From: Acidobacteriota bacterium
GTDB lineage: Bacteria; Acidobacteriota; CAIWXX01
NCBI GenBank assembly: GCA_040755995.1
Contig: JBFMAF010000041.1
Span: 1-64,000, forward strand
DNA: 64,000 nucleotides
Direction: 5' to 3'
Positions 10,146 to 20,244 of this stretch are shown here, one piece after another. Under the pieces are notes generated by a model. That model ran no database searches. It saw nothing but the letters and a program-made list of their open reading frames with translations, and had not been told where the DNA came from. The position numbers were made by a program, and so were the translations under genes. Within the stretch, counting starts at the first letter, position 1, and the number at the start of each line of letters is the position of its first letter.

Positions 10146-11314
10146 GAACCACCACCCGGCAATGCCGGCGTGGAGCACGCCGGCAAGATCCCGTGGTACG
10201 TGGACACAAGCCTTGAGGTACAGACAGACCGGGAGTACCCCTCGGCCAGTCTCTTCCCCCGAGATCCGCGAAGCTGCCGGTCATTGCTGGACATGATATG
10301 CTTCAACTCATACTCCAATCCCCCTTCGTCCAGCTTACAGGCCCATCCGAGGAGGAATTCGCTGACCATCTGGCTCAGGTTTACTTCAGGCGTGACCAGG
10401 ACAGGAACCGAGCATGCCATCGCCTCCAGTACACAAAGGCCGAAATTCTCCTGACGCGAAGGCAGCGCAAGACATTCGGCATTCTGAATCGCCGCAATCT
10501 TCTGATCGTCCATCAGCCATCCGGGAAACAGAACCCTACCGCTGCCGCCAGCCAGCCTTCGTAGCTGCTCCACGTGTCCAGCGCAGCCGTCGCCGGCCAA
10601 CACCAGTTTCCAGTGATTGAAGGAGGGGTCGCAAGTTGCACGCAGGAAAGCGGGAATCAAGACATCCAGGCCCTTCTTCGGATGCAGACGGCTCAAGACC
10701 AGAACATAGGGTTTCCATTTCTGTTCTTCCCCCGGCTCCCGGCGTGTCTGATATTCCTCCAAACGGATTCCGATGGGAATGACAATACCATTGCGCAGTT
10801 TCAATCGTTCTTCCGCCAACCTCTTCTCGGCCTCCGTGGTATAGTGAATTACCGCGGCGTCGCGCAGCATTGCGAACACGCCGAAGGCCCACAGCACCTT
10901 CTTTGCGAGCTTTCGCCTGCGCAAGCTCCATGGATCCAGCGCGCCTAGAGGCCTAACGATAAAAGGAATACTCGCATTCCGGCAGGCGCGGGCGGCGGCA
11001 ATGCACGGGTGCGAGAAGATTGCATGAACGTGCACGATGTCAAAGCGCTGCACCTCCCGAGTGAGCCAGGCGGCCAGGCCAGATGAGTATCCAAACGGCT
11101 CGTTCCAGTTTCGCCGAAAGAAGATCGCCGGAACTCCCCGGTAAACGGTTTCAACTGCGATAGGTACCGAAAGACGGCTGCGGCCGTCCGCGTCCGTTGT
11201 CGCAATCATTGCATCCACATCCAACTCGCGCAGGGCCGCAACCATTTCCATAGCAGCCATGGATGGACCGCCATACCGCGGGGCCAGGGCGGGAATGACG
11301 TGAAGTACCTTCAC
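10142..11314 (-). CDS. Glycosyltransferase family 4
   Basis: KVLHVIP..GGP, LSRLHPKKGLD, PSRQENFGLCVLEAMAC. Confidence 0.9.
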   Translation of the reverse strand: MKVLHVIPALAPRYGGPSMAAMEMVAALRELDVDAMIATTDADGRSRLSVPIAVETVYRGVPAIFFRRNWNEPFGYSSGLAAWLTREVQRFDIVHVHAIFSHPCIAAARACRNASIPFIVRPLGALDPWSLRRRKLAKKVLWAFGVFAMLRDAAVIHYTTEAEKRLAEERLKLRNGIVIPIGIRLEEYQTRREPGEEQKWKPYVLVLSRLHPKKGLDVLIPAFLRATCDPSFNHWKLVLAGDGCAGHVEQLRRLAGGSGRVLFPGWLMDDQKIAAIQNAECLALPSRQENFGLCVLEAMACSVPVLVTPEVNLSQMVSEFLLGWACKLDEGGLEYELKHIMSSNDRQLRGSRGKRLAEGYSRSVCTSRLVSTYHGILPACSTPALPGGGS

Positions 11315-12462
11315 TGTTTCATGCCTGTTTTTCTATCTACACCGTCAATTCTCAGTTGACGATAACACCGTTCCTTTCGATCCATTCTTCCAGTACCACG
11401 AGCGTCCAGATACGGGACCAGCTGATTCTGCCGCGGCGATCGAGAAACGACGTCCATAAGTCGCGAACGACAGCAGGCTGCAGAATGCCGCGGGAGGCAA
11501 TCCGATCTGTTGCAAGGCGGGATGAGGAGAAATCGCGCAGCGGGCCGCGCAGCCGGGGATCGAATGGCAGCGCAAAACCCTTCTTCGGCCGCACGGCCGG
11601 ATACGACGGCATCCACCGGCGAAGCAGATCCAGCAGCAACGATTTCGGCAGGGAAGGGTCGTACTTCACTGAATCAGGCAAGCCCATTGTGAATTCTGCA
11701 AGAGGGTGATCCAGGAAAGGCACCCGAAGCTCCAGCGAATGCGCCATGCCCATCTGATCCGCATCGCGCAAGAGCACGTCGGACATATAAGTGACGGACT
11801 CGGCATACGAAACCGCAGACATCGCGCGGCCCTCAAAGTCCTTCAACTTCGACTTCAGGCGCGCTTCGTAAGGATCGTCCACGAAGCAGGTGTCGAGGGC
11901 AGGTGCGATCAGCCCGGCCGCAGCTCTGGGCGAAAACACTTGGCGCAAGATTGGAAACATGCCGCCCACAGTGAGGTCCGAGCGCAGCAGGCCGGTCATC
12001 TTCTCGCTGCGGGTGGACGAGGTCAAGGCACCGGCGACGGCGGCGCCGGCCCGGCGCAATCCGGCCGGCGTTCTTGCGAACAGGCGACCCAGCGCGGAAG
12101 GGCGCAGCCTGCGGAACGACGGGTAGCCGCCAAACAATTCGTCGCCGCCGACACCCGAAATCGCGACCTTGATGCCGGCGTCGTGCACGACCGACGAAAT
12201 GACAAAGGTGTTGACACCATCGCCAGTTGGATGATCCATGCTGCGAAGAGCCTGTGGGATCAGCGCCAGTTGGTCGCCGGCGTTGAGCTGCACCTCCGTG
12301 TGGTCCGTGCCCAGCGCGGCAGCTACTTCGCGTGCCTGGGCAGATTCATCATATTCTTTTTCCGAGAAACCCACCGTAAATGTTCGGGGGCTGATCCCGG
12401 CACGGCGTGCGGCTGCGGCCATCAGCGTCGAGTCGATACCGCCGGAAAGGAACATGGCTACG
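11242..12462. repeat. ~1.22-kb direct repeat copy A (3' part of asnB plus 5' end of GT4)
   Basis: Near-identical to 16014-17234 (offset 4772) with only a few substitutions. Confidence 0.95.
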
Positions 12463-12578
12463 AGCGGGTACTTGTTGACGCCGATGATCGCCTGGCGGCC
12501 CGAATCGATTCGCGCCTGGGTGCGCGCAGAGGCCTCTTCGATTCGCAGGGACAGCCTCACGTCCTGCGCGGTCTGCAT
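11352..12578 (-). pseudogene. Chimeric partial asnB copy: methylmalonyl-CoA mutase-like 29-aa fragment fused to the synthetase domain, glutaminase domain absent
   Basis: LRIEEASARTQARIDSGRQAIIGVNKYPL joined in frame to VAMFLSGGIDS... Confidence 0.75.
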
Positions 12579-12734
12579 GTCGTAGACCCGCGGCTGGTAT
12601 CGATATAGTAGTTTGGAATAGCCCTCGAATGGTACTCGACTGCTTTGCCCGGAGGCGTACCGTGTCGCGGACGTAGGTCCTAAGGGTGCGACCGGTCGAG
12701 CTGCTCCGGGCGACTTCTCATCAGAGTGGATAGG

Positions 12735-13712
12735 TCATTCGTTTCGCACTTCTTTCTTAGTTGGAGATACAATGAAGCAGACACCCATTTTCTTCTTGGA
12801 ACCGTGGCAATCCTTGTATTTCTTTCCGCTATGGCACCAACAGGGCTGCTTCGCGTGCAACTTCGGCCCTGACATGGGGGGCGTCGAAGGATCTATTGGC
12901 TCAATCCGAATATTTGAAATGTTCAAATGCCTGTCCTTACAAACATAGGCCTGATCGGGCAGGTATGCTTCTCTCCTTATGACCGAACTACGGTATTCGG
13001 TGATGACTGGTGACTTGAGATCCCTCGGATTCACGACAATATTTAGCTGGTCGCCGATGATATCACCCAACAGCGGATCTGAAGAGGCTGCCGCGAAGAG
13101 CTCCACTATCTTCTCAACGATGGCTCCTGCCGGTTTCTTCCTTTCTGTTAGTGAAACAAGTTCTGCAATCAGTCGCTTGTTCACCCGTGGTTCGGCGCCG
13201 ATTACGAAAGGGAGCACGGGTTCGGACAGCGATGGCCGAAGTTCCTGACGGAGGTAGACCTTAAACGTATCCCAGGCTTCAGGAGAGAGTTCTCCAGAAT
13301 CGACGTCGAAATAGTTGCTGATGATAGCCAAGGCGCCAAGCGGCGGATCATGATGGTACAGGTAGCCTGCAAGCATGACGGTCAGCCTCTTTGCCTGCTT
13401 CGGCAGACCCGAAAGTAGTGGGTTGCGAGAAAACTCTCGCGTAGCCATCTCTCCTACTCGTTCTACTATCTCCTTCGCCGCAAATTCTGGAGGCCCCGCT
13501 GCGTTGAGAGTGTTCAGCAACCATTCCCTTGTACAAAAAGTGCCCGTTCGGGCCAAGCCGGTGAACCCTATAGCAAGTCTCGCGTTCTCGCACAACATGA
13601 TGATTGCTTTGTTTGATTCGTCATCGATGACTTCTCCGCTTTGGTCTGTCAAACGTCTGTCTGACACCTGAATGAATTGTTCACTATTTCCGATGGCCAC
13701 GACCCAGGTCAT
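12735..13712 (-). CDS. Proteasome-beta/Ntn-hydrolase-like protein with C-terminal SEC-C Zn motif
   Basis: After Met removal: Thr1, Asp17, Arg19, Lys34, then GFTGLA. C-terminal CWCHSGKKYKDCHG. Confidence 0.7.
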   Translation of the reverse strand: MTWVVAIGNSEQFIQVSDRRLTDQSGEVIDDESNKAIIMLCENARLAIGFTGLARTGTFCTREWLLNTLNAAGPPEFAAKEIVERVGEMATREFSRNPLLSGLPKQAKRLTVMLAGYLYHHDPPLGALAIISNYFDVDSGELSPEAWDTFKVYLRQELRPSLSEPVLPFVIGAEPRVNKRLIAELVSLTERKKPAGAIVEKIVELFAAASSDPLLGDIIGDQLNIVVNPRDLKSPVITEYRSSVIRREAYLPDQAYVCKDRHLNISNIRIEPIDPSTPPMSGPKLHAKQPCWCHSGKKYKDCHGSKKKMGVCFIVSPTKKEVRNE

Positions 13713-13826
13713 ACAATCATCTCGCTCCGCTGCTTGCTAGTAGGTTGATCACGGCCCGTCAGGCCCTTTTCACTCACACCTAGATCCGATGAGCAGCTCG
13801 TGGGTCACCAGGTGTGTTGGCACCTA

Positions 13827-14558
13827 TCATGTTAGGTGGGCGATAGCCGATGCCTTTCCATGAAGGGCCGCTGCAAATTTCCTTATGCCCAATTCGGAGT
13901 TGGGCTCGCGATACTCTCCATTTCGCCCTGTCTGCGCTGAGGATGAGAAATAGCAACAAGCATCATATAGCCGCTCGCGGAGTAGCCTAAGGCAAACTTC
14001 CTCGTAACACTTCAGATAGGACTGTTCCTGAAACGCTTCATCCACTGCGAAGTGCGGCAGCGCGACCCTTCGCCTTGGGCGTAGCGAGACAGGGTCCTCC
14101 TCCAACATGAAGAGATATCCCAACCACGGTCGCTGTGACGGCCGGAATGCACCTTCGCGGTATGCAGTCCAGAAGTCGGTAGCATTCCCGACAGCCTCTT
14201 CGACGCGGTTGTTGAAGTTGTTTCCGAAACTACCGACCTGAGACTTGACTTCGACGGCACCCACCAGGTCCCCGCGGCAGATGATGACCAAGTCCCACAC
14301 CTTCGTAGGACGAAAGAACCCCGGCAGAGTCAGGGATGCCTTCTCCGTCGTATGAATCTCAACGTCGAGCAGGCCTGCGTCTTTCACGATTGCGGCCAGG
14401 AGATTGATGAATCCATCGGCGTGCTTTCCGCCAGTAACTGCCGCACGACTCCCGGCATCCTTGGTCCCAGTCCGTGTGCCCTGCTTCTCCTCCTGGCTCG
14501 CACGTGTCGTCCAGAAGTGTCGTACTGCATCTGCCAGCAGCGGTTCAACCTTGATCAC
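13827..14558 (-). CDS. PaeR7I/XhoI-family type II restriction endonuclease
   Basis: RAAVTGGKH, LPGFFRPTKVWDL, EVKSQVGSFGNNFNNRVEEAVG, RPWLGYL. Confidence 0.85.
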   Translation of the reverse strand: MIKVEPLLADAVRHFWTTRASQEEKQGTRTGTKDAGSRAAVTGGKHADGFINLLAAIVKDAGLLDVEIHTTEKASLTLPGFFRPTKVWDLVIICRGDLVGAVEVKSQVGSFGNNFNNRVEEAVGNATDFWTAYREGAFRPSQRPWLGYLFMLEEDPVSLRPRRRVALPHFAVDEAFQEQSYLKCYEEVCLRLLRERLYDACCYFSSSAQTGRNGEYREPNSELGIRKFAAALHGKASAIAHLT

Positions 14559-15544
14559 GCTGGCGCCAGTGAGTGCACGTGCAGGGTGGGGCCAGGGAAC
14601 AACGAGGGAAGAGCGTGTTCCATCCTTCTCACCGCCTGCTCGAAGTAGTCTGGGTCCACTTCAATCCCGATGCTATTCCGGCCCCATGACGCGGCGGCCA
14701 CGCAGGTCGTACCGGTACCCACGAAGGGATCAACAACGGTATCTCCCACAAACGAGAACATCCGTACCAGCCGCTCTGCCAATTCCATCGGGTAGGGTGC
14801 CGGGTGGTGGCGTGTTGATGCTCCAGTTACTCCAACCCAAATCTGCTGGAACCACACCTTGTGACGATCCGCCGGGATTACACTGAGCAGCCTGGTAGAC
14901 AGGCTCGGGCTGCGATATCCACCTGGCTTGCGTTCCATCAAGATGAACTCAATGTCATTCTTGACGACCGCATTGGGCTCGTATGGTTTCCCGAGAAACC
15001 CACCTCCGTTTCCGTCCGCCTCGTACGTCGCGTTGGCGATCTTGTGCCAGATGATTGGAGCAAGGTTTGCGAACCCCAGCTTGCGGCAGCGTTCTTGGAT
15101 GGAGGAATGCAAGGGCACTACCATGTGCTCGCCCCTGTTCTTCCGCCGCGACAGGCACACGTCCCCCACGACGCAGACCAAGCGGCCGCCCGGAACCAGG
15201 GCGCGGTAGCAAGCGCGCCAGACGCGATCAAGCTCATCGAGAAAGGTTTCGTAGTCCTCTATGGCTCCCATCTGGTCGGCGTGTGCGCGGTACTCCTTCA
15301 ACGTCCAGTAGGGGGGCGAAGTGACGACCAAATGAATGCTACTATCGGGCAAGACGTTCGTTCGCCGAGAGTCACCAAGATACAAATCATGGCGCGTTGG
15401 AATATGTGGGAGCTGCGCCTCTATGGCCGCAACGACACTCGCATCCTTGGCGATCCTGGGAATGTCGGCCTGCTGATCTCGAATCTCACCGACGCTCTTC
15501 GGGACCCACGCGTCAAGGTCGAGTTCAACGGATGCGACGGACAT
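14555..15544 (-). CDS. Site-specific DNA methyltransferase (N4-C/N6-A, beta class)
   Basis: LVVTSPPY (motif IV), HPAPYP, DPFVGTGTT (motif I); 4-bp overlap with the REase. Confidence 0.92.
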   Translation of the reverse strand: MSVASVELDLDAWVPKSVGEIRDQQADIPRIAKDASVVAAIEAQLPHIPTRHDLYLGDSRRTNVLPDSSIHLVVTSPPYWTLKEYRAHADQMGAIEDYETFLDELDRVWRACYRALVPGGRLVCVVGDVCLSRRKNRGEHMVVPLHSSIQERCRKLGFANLAPIIWHKIANATYEADGNGGGFLGKPYEPNAVVKNDIEFILMERKPGGYRSPSLSTRLLSVIPADRHKVWFQQIWVGVTGASTRHHPAPYPMELAERLVRMFSFVGDTVVDPFVGTGTTCVAAASWGRNSIGIEVDPDYFEQAVRRMEHALPSLFPGPTLHVHSLAPA

Positions 15545-15663
15545 CTAAACCTCCTAGACAGCTCCCTGGCTCCAGAGATGTGCAGTGACCTCGGCGTGCC
15601 TCCGACCACTTGAGTATCCTATCGAGCCCGGGGAAGCGTTTTCATCGCGTGGCACCGCTCTTG

Positions 15664-15692
15664 AAGGTACCAGCATTCAGCATTCGGGTCAA
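15664..15692 (-). promoter_or_regulatory. sigma70-like promoter for the MTase-REase operon
   Basis: Minus strand TTGACC-N17-TACCTT upstream of the MTase. Confidence 0.55.
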
Positions 15693-16013
15693 GCGCCTGC
15701 ACTGGTTCAATGGTTCAGGTTCACTGGTTCAGGTTCACTACCTTGGTGAGGCTTTTTCGCCCTGACATATTGTCCGGAACCGAGAGGCGGAGGCAGTGCT
15801 GCTAGCCTTCGGCTCCGGTGACTGTCAAGGCGCTACGCGTCCGCCTCCTCCGCTGCGCTGCGACCCTTCGCGTGACAGTCCCCTCGCCGTCGGCTCGCGT
15901 TCACCCAAGAGCCCTCCGACGAGGGCTCTGCTCGCAGAGTCGCATTGGCTTGACGGATCATGTGTCACCAAGGTGCCCTCCCAAGATCCCAGGATCGGAC
16001 GTCGATATGCGCT

Positions 16014-17234
16014 CCATTTCCAAAGCAGCCTTGGATGGACCGCCATACCGCGGGGCCAGGGCGGGAATGACGTGAAGTACCTTCACTGTTTCATGCCTGT
16101 TTTTCTATCTACACCGTCAATTCTCAGTTGACGATAACACCGTTCCTTTCGATCCATTCTTCCAGTACCACGAGCGTCCAGATACGGGACCAGCTGATTC
16201 TGCCGCGGCGATCGAGAAACGACGTCCATAAGTCGCGAACGACAGCAGGCTGCAGAATGCCGCGGGAGGCAATCCGATCTGTTGCAAGGCGGGATGAGGA
16301 GAAATCGCGCAGCGGGCCGCGCAGCCGGGGATCGAATGGCAGCGCAAAACCCTTCTTCGGCCGCACGGCCGGATACGACGGCATCCACCGGCGAAGCAGA
16401 TCCAGCAGCAACGATTTCGGCAGGGAAGGGTCGTACTTCACTGAATCAGGCAAGCCCATTGTGAATTCTGCAAGAGGGTGATCCAGGAAAGGCACCCGAA
16501 GCTCCAGCGAATGCGCCATGCCCATCTGATCCGCATCGCGCAAGAGCACGTCGGACATATAAGTGACGGACTCGGCATACGAAACCGCAGACATCGCGCG
16601 GCCCTCAAAGTCCTTCAACTTCGACTTCAGGCGCGCTTCGTAAGGATCGTCCACGAAGCAGGTGTCGAGGGCAGGTGCGATCAGCCCGGCCGCAGCTCTG
16701 GGCGAAAACACTTGGCGCAAGATTGGAAACATGCCGCCCACAGTGAGGTCCGAGCGCAGCAGGCCGGTCATCTTCTCGCTGCGGGTGGACGAGGTCAAGG
16801 CACCGGCGACGGCGGCGCCGGCCCGGCGCAATCCGGCCGGCGTTCTTGCGAACAGGCGACCCAGCGCGGAAGGGCGCAGCCTGCGGAACGACGGGTAGCC
16901 GCCAAACAATTCGTCGCCGCCGACACCCGAAATCGCGACCTTGATGTCGGCGTCGTGCACGGCCGACGAAATGACAAAGGTGTTGACACCATCGCCAGTT
17001 GGATGATCCATGCTGCGAAGAGCCTGTGGGATCAGCGCCAGTTGGTCGCCGGCATTGAGCTGCACCTCCGTGTGGTCCGTGCCCAGCGCGGCAGCTACTT
17101 CGCGTGCCTGGGCAGATTCATCATATTCTTTTTCCGAGAAACCCACCGTAAATGTCCGGGGGCTGATCCCGGCACGGCGTGCGGCTGCGGCCATCAGCGT
17201 CGAGTCGATACCGCCGGAAAGGAACATGGCTACG
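16014..17234. repeat. ~1.22-kb direct repeat copy B (includes a truncated GT4 start at 16014-16086)
   Basis: Matches 11242-12462. Confidence 0.95.
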
Positions 17235-18037
17235 GGCACATCGCTCACGAAGTGACAGCGCACCGCGTCTTCGATGCGCTCTGCCAGTTCGCGGCGCACC
17301 GTGTTGGGGTCTGCCGGAGCGTCCGTGCGCGCGTTATCGAGGAGGTCCCAGTACTGGGATTCATGGATTGCGCCGCCAGGCTGAAGGGTCATCCTGTGAC
17401 CGGGCATCAGCATCCGCACACCTCGAATTAGCGTACGCGGCGCCGGAACGGACTGGTATTGCAGGTACTGCAGCAGAGCCGCCGGGTCTAGAACCGGGGG
17501 CACGAGGCCCGATGCGAGCAGCGCGCGCACCTCGGAGGCGAACAGCAGGCGCCTGCCTTGGCTGTCGTTGAAGTAGTAGAGCGGCTTGATGCCGAAGCGG
17601 TCGCGCGCCATCAGAAGCCGGCCGGCAGCCGCGTCCCAGAGCGCAAACGCAAACATCCCGCGCAGCAACTGTAGCATATCCCCTCCATTGCTGCGGTAGG
17701 CCGCCAGGATGACTTCGGTGTCCGTGCCGGTGCGCCACTCCTCGCCGCTCCAGCGAGCGCGCAGTTCGCGGAAGTTGTAGATTTCGCCGTTGTATGCGAT
17801 CCAGTTGCCGGTATTCGGATCGGCCATCGGCTGCCGGCCGGCCGGCGACAGATCCAGGATCGAGAGCCGGGTCTGCGCCAGGCCCAGCCGCATTCCGGGT
17901 GCTTCCACCCAACGAACCCCTCCGTCGTCCGGCCCGCGGTGCTTAACGGCTGCCATCATGCGCAGCAAGGCGGCTTCTACCTTCGAGCGGTCCGGCCCCG
18001 ATTCGCCCCAGATCGCTATACCGGCAATTCCACACAT
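16124..18037 (-). CDS. asnB: Asparagine synthase (glutamine-hydrolysing), polysaccharide amidotransferase type
   Basis: MCGIAG start, HRGPD, NGEIYN, RDRFGIKPLYY, LSGGIDS, GGDELFGGY, LRVPFLD. Confidence 0.93.
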   Translation of the reverse strand: MCGIAGIAIWGESGPDRSKVEAALLRMMAAVKHRGPDDGGVRWVEAPGMRLGLAQTRLSILDLSPAGRQPMADPNTGNWIAYNGEIYNFRELRARWSGEEWRTGTDTEVILAAYRSNGGDMLQLLRGMFAFALWDAAAGRLLMARDRFGIKPLYYFNDSQGRRLLFASEVRALLASGLVPPVLDPAALLQYLQYQSVPAPRTLIRGVRMLMPGHRMTLQPGGAIHESQYWDLLDNARTDAPADPNTVRRELAERIEDAVRCHFVSDVPVAMFLSGGIDSTLMAAAARRAGISPRTFTVGFSEKEYDESAQAREVAAALGTDHTEVQLNAGDQLALIPQALRSMDHPTGDGVNTFVISSAVHDADIKVAISGVGGDELFGGYPSFRRLRPSALGRLFARTPAGLRRAGAAVAGALTSSTRSEKMTGLLRSDLTVGGMFPILRQVFSPRAAAGLIAPALDTCFVDDPYEARLKSKLKDFEGRAMSAVSYAESVTYMSDVLLRDADQMGMAHSLELRVPFLDHPLAEFTMGLPDSVKYDPSLPKSLLLDLLRRWMPSYPAVRPKKGFALPFDPRLRGPLRDFSSSRLATDRIASRGILQPAVVRDLWTSFLDRRGRISWSRIWTLVVLEEWIERNGVIVN

Positions 18038-18038
18038 G

Positions 18039-19082
18039 TCACAGCACCGAGTGAAGAACTGCAAGAAACCGCTGTTTGAAATGCTCTTCCGTATAGAACG
18101 ATTCGTAGAGGTTGCGCGCATGCTGCGACCATTGGTCCCACTCAGGCCCTGCGCCGAGCAGGCGGCAGATGGCGTCTGTGAGCTCCGTCGGCTTGCGCGG
18201 GTCGGCAGCCAGGCCAGCCTCGGGCGGCCGAACCACCTCGCGTCCGGCATCCAGCGGACTCACCAGGCATGGCCGCCCACGGCGCATGGCTTCGAGGTAC
18301 ACCAAACCGAAACCTTCGCAGCGGCTGGGCATAGCCAGGAACCGGCATTCCTGCAGCAACTGCTGTTTTCGATCCTCACTCACCATTCCGTAGAAACGCA
18401 CTGATTCCTTGAGGCCGAGGCGTGCGGTCTGCGCTTCCAGGGCGGGTCGCAGGTTCCCTTCTCCCACAATGCGTAGTTGTGCGGCCGGGTTCCGCTGCAA
18501 CACCGCCGGCCATGCGGCAATCATTTCGCGGTGCCCTTTGTAGTCCTCGGTCTTTTCCAGCCTGCTAATCATCAGGGCCACGGGTTGATCGGCCGGAACA
18601 ACGTCGCAGGCAACAGGACCCCCGAATCCCGGTGGAACGGTATGATGTGCAACTCCGCGAAACTCCGGATTGTGTTCCACGAATCTTCGCCAGGTGAAAT
18701 CGCTGATTGAAACAAGAAGATCGGTGTGACTCATTCGCTTCCTCGTCCAGCGGCCGTGCCGCTTCCATGCTTCAATGCCATAGAGCATCAGGACGATTCT
18801 TGCATTCCCGATCTTTAGAAAAGGAAGCAGTTTGAAGAACCCCACGTGGCCCACAAGGATGATATCCAGGGCGGCATTCAGCTGGAGTGCACGCAGGAGC
18901 GCCTCTGTACGCGTACGGACGTTCACGGCCAGTGAGGAGCGGCTGGAGCCGCCGCGGGTCCCGTAAGTGAAGAGTAGATTCGGATCGAGCAGCATATCTC
19001 CGGTCACTGCTCGCCACGCCATGCGGGCAACTGTCTGTATTCCACCGGTTTCCTCCAGGTCCGGAAAAAGCCCCAGAATCAT
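18039..19082 (-). CDS. Glycosyltransferase family 4
   Basis: GGIQ near the N-terminus, YKGH, EGFGLVYLEAM; ATGA overlap. Confidence 0.88.
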   Translation of the reverse strand: MILGLFPDLEETGGIQTVARMAWRAVTGDMLLDPNLLFTYGTRGGSSRSSLAVNVRTRTEALLRALQLNAALDIILVGHVGFFKLLPFLKIGNARIVLMLYGIEAWKRHGRWTRKRMSHTDLLVSISDFTWRRFVEHNPEFRGVAHHTVPPGFGGPVACDVVPADQPVALMISRLEKTEDYKGHREMIAAWPAVLQRNPAAQLRIVGEGNLRPALEAQTARLGLKESVRFYGMVSEDRKQQLLQECRFLAMPSRCEGFGLVYLEAMRRGRPCLVSPLDAGREVVRPPEAGLAADPRKPTELTDAICRLLGAGPEWDQWSQHARNLYESFYTEEHFKQRFLAVLHSVL

Positions 19083-20182
19083 GCAGCCACGACACACTGA
19101 GACCGGATCGTTTCGCGCACTTTCCGGTGATGATGCTCCCACGTGTATAGCTGCGCCTGGAGCGCCGCGTTCTGACCCATGCGCCTTGCTTCCCCTCGGT
19201 CACGGGCAAGATGCAATATGGCCTCGCAAAGCTTGTCCGCATTTGCCGCGGGGACCACGAAACCATGCGTTCCGTTCTCGACCAGATCTGCAGCTCCGGT
19301 ACGATCGGATACGATCGCCGGAGTACCGCAGGCCATCGCCTCCAGCGCCACCAGCCCGAAGCTGTCAAGGAGGCTCGGGAGCACAAGGACATCCGCTTCC
19401 TGAAAAAGCGCGCGCAGCCCGTTGGGGAGAGTGAAGGGGATGCGGCGCAGCCATGAAGGCGTATCCCTGCCTATAAGGCCGGACGCGTCGGCGTCGCCGC
19501 CGATCAGCGTCACTTCGATTGATGCGGTGTCCAGTGCGCGGAGCGCATCCATCAGGAATGTCAGGCCCTTTCTTCGTGTAAGCGCCCCCGCGTACACGAT
19601 CCGGAGCGGGCCGGAAGCTCGGTACGCCGTCTTGGGGAAGAAGACGTCAGGATCGTACCCGTACGGGACCAGCCGGATCTTCTGCTCCGGCACTTTCGCA
19701 TCCAGCAAAGCCGCGCGGGAAAGCGAGGAAGGAACGAGCACCAGCCGCGCCAGATCCAGCTCGGCCGCCTTCACTTCCTCCACCCTGGTTTCCGTCTCGC
19801 GGTCGCCGAACATGGGGTCAAAGCCTGCCTCGCTCAGGAAATGATGCCGGTTGAAGTGCACTTGTCCCTGGTCCAAGATGCCGGCGATTCCACGACTCCG
19901 GCAGAATTCCAGGCAGTGCAGCGACGAAGTCTCGTATCCGATGAAAACGTCGCATGCCACGGTTTCAAGCTCGCGTGCCACACGACGGTCGAAAGCTCCG
20001 TTGATAGCATACACTCGCCGGCCGAACTCGGCGTTCGAGACCGCCCGCCAGAACTGACTTTCCAGCTCGAATCGGGGAAACTGCGTGACCAGCTCCGGGC
20101 GAAGCTGCGGCGTGTACCTTTTACGTAATGCTTGTTCCAGCCGGGTGCCGGCGACGGGAATCGCGCAGTGCATAGGGTAGGC
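19079..20182 (-). pseudogene. Glycosyltransferase family 4, 5'-truncated by the transposon
   Basis: RKGL and DSFGLVALEAMACG motifs; the reading frame runs into the element's left inverted repeat and lacks a normal N-terminus. Confidence 0.75.
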
Positions 20183-20244
20183 TAAGTCGGACAAAGATGC
20201 CAGTGTAATTACCCCACACCTCCGGAAGGAACAGGAGGTGTGAG

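Noticed and set aside
12600..13827. attC sites around the RM-island genes
   Set aside because: No paired RYYYAAC/GTTRRRY boxes with an internal stem found.
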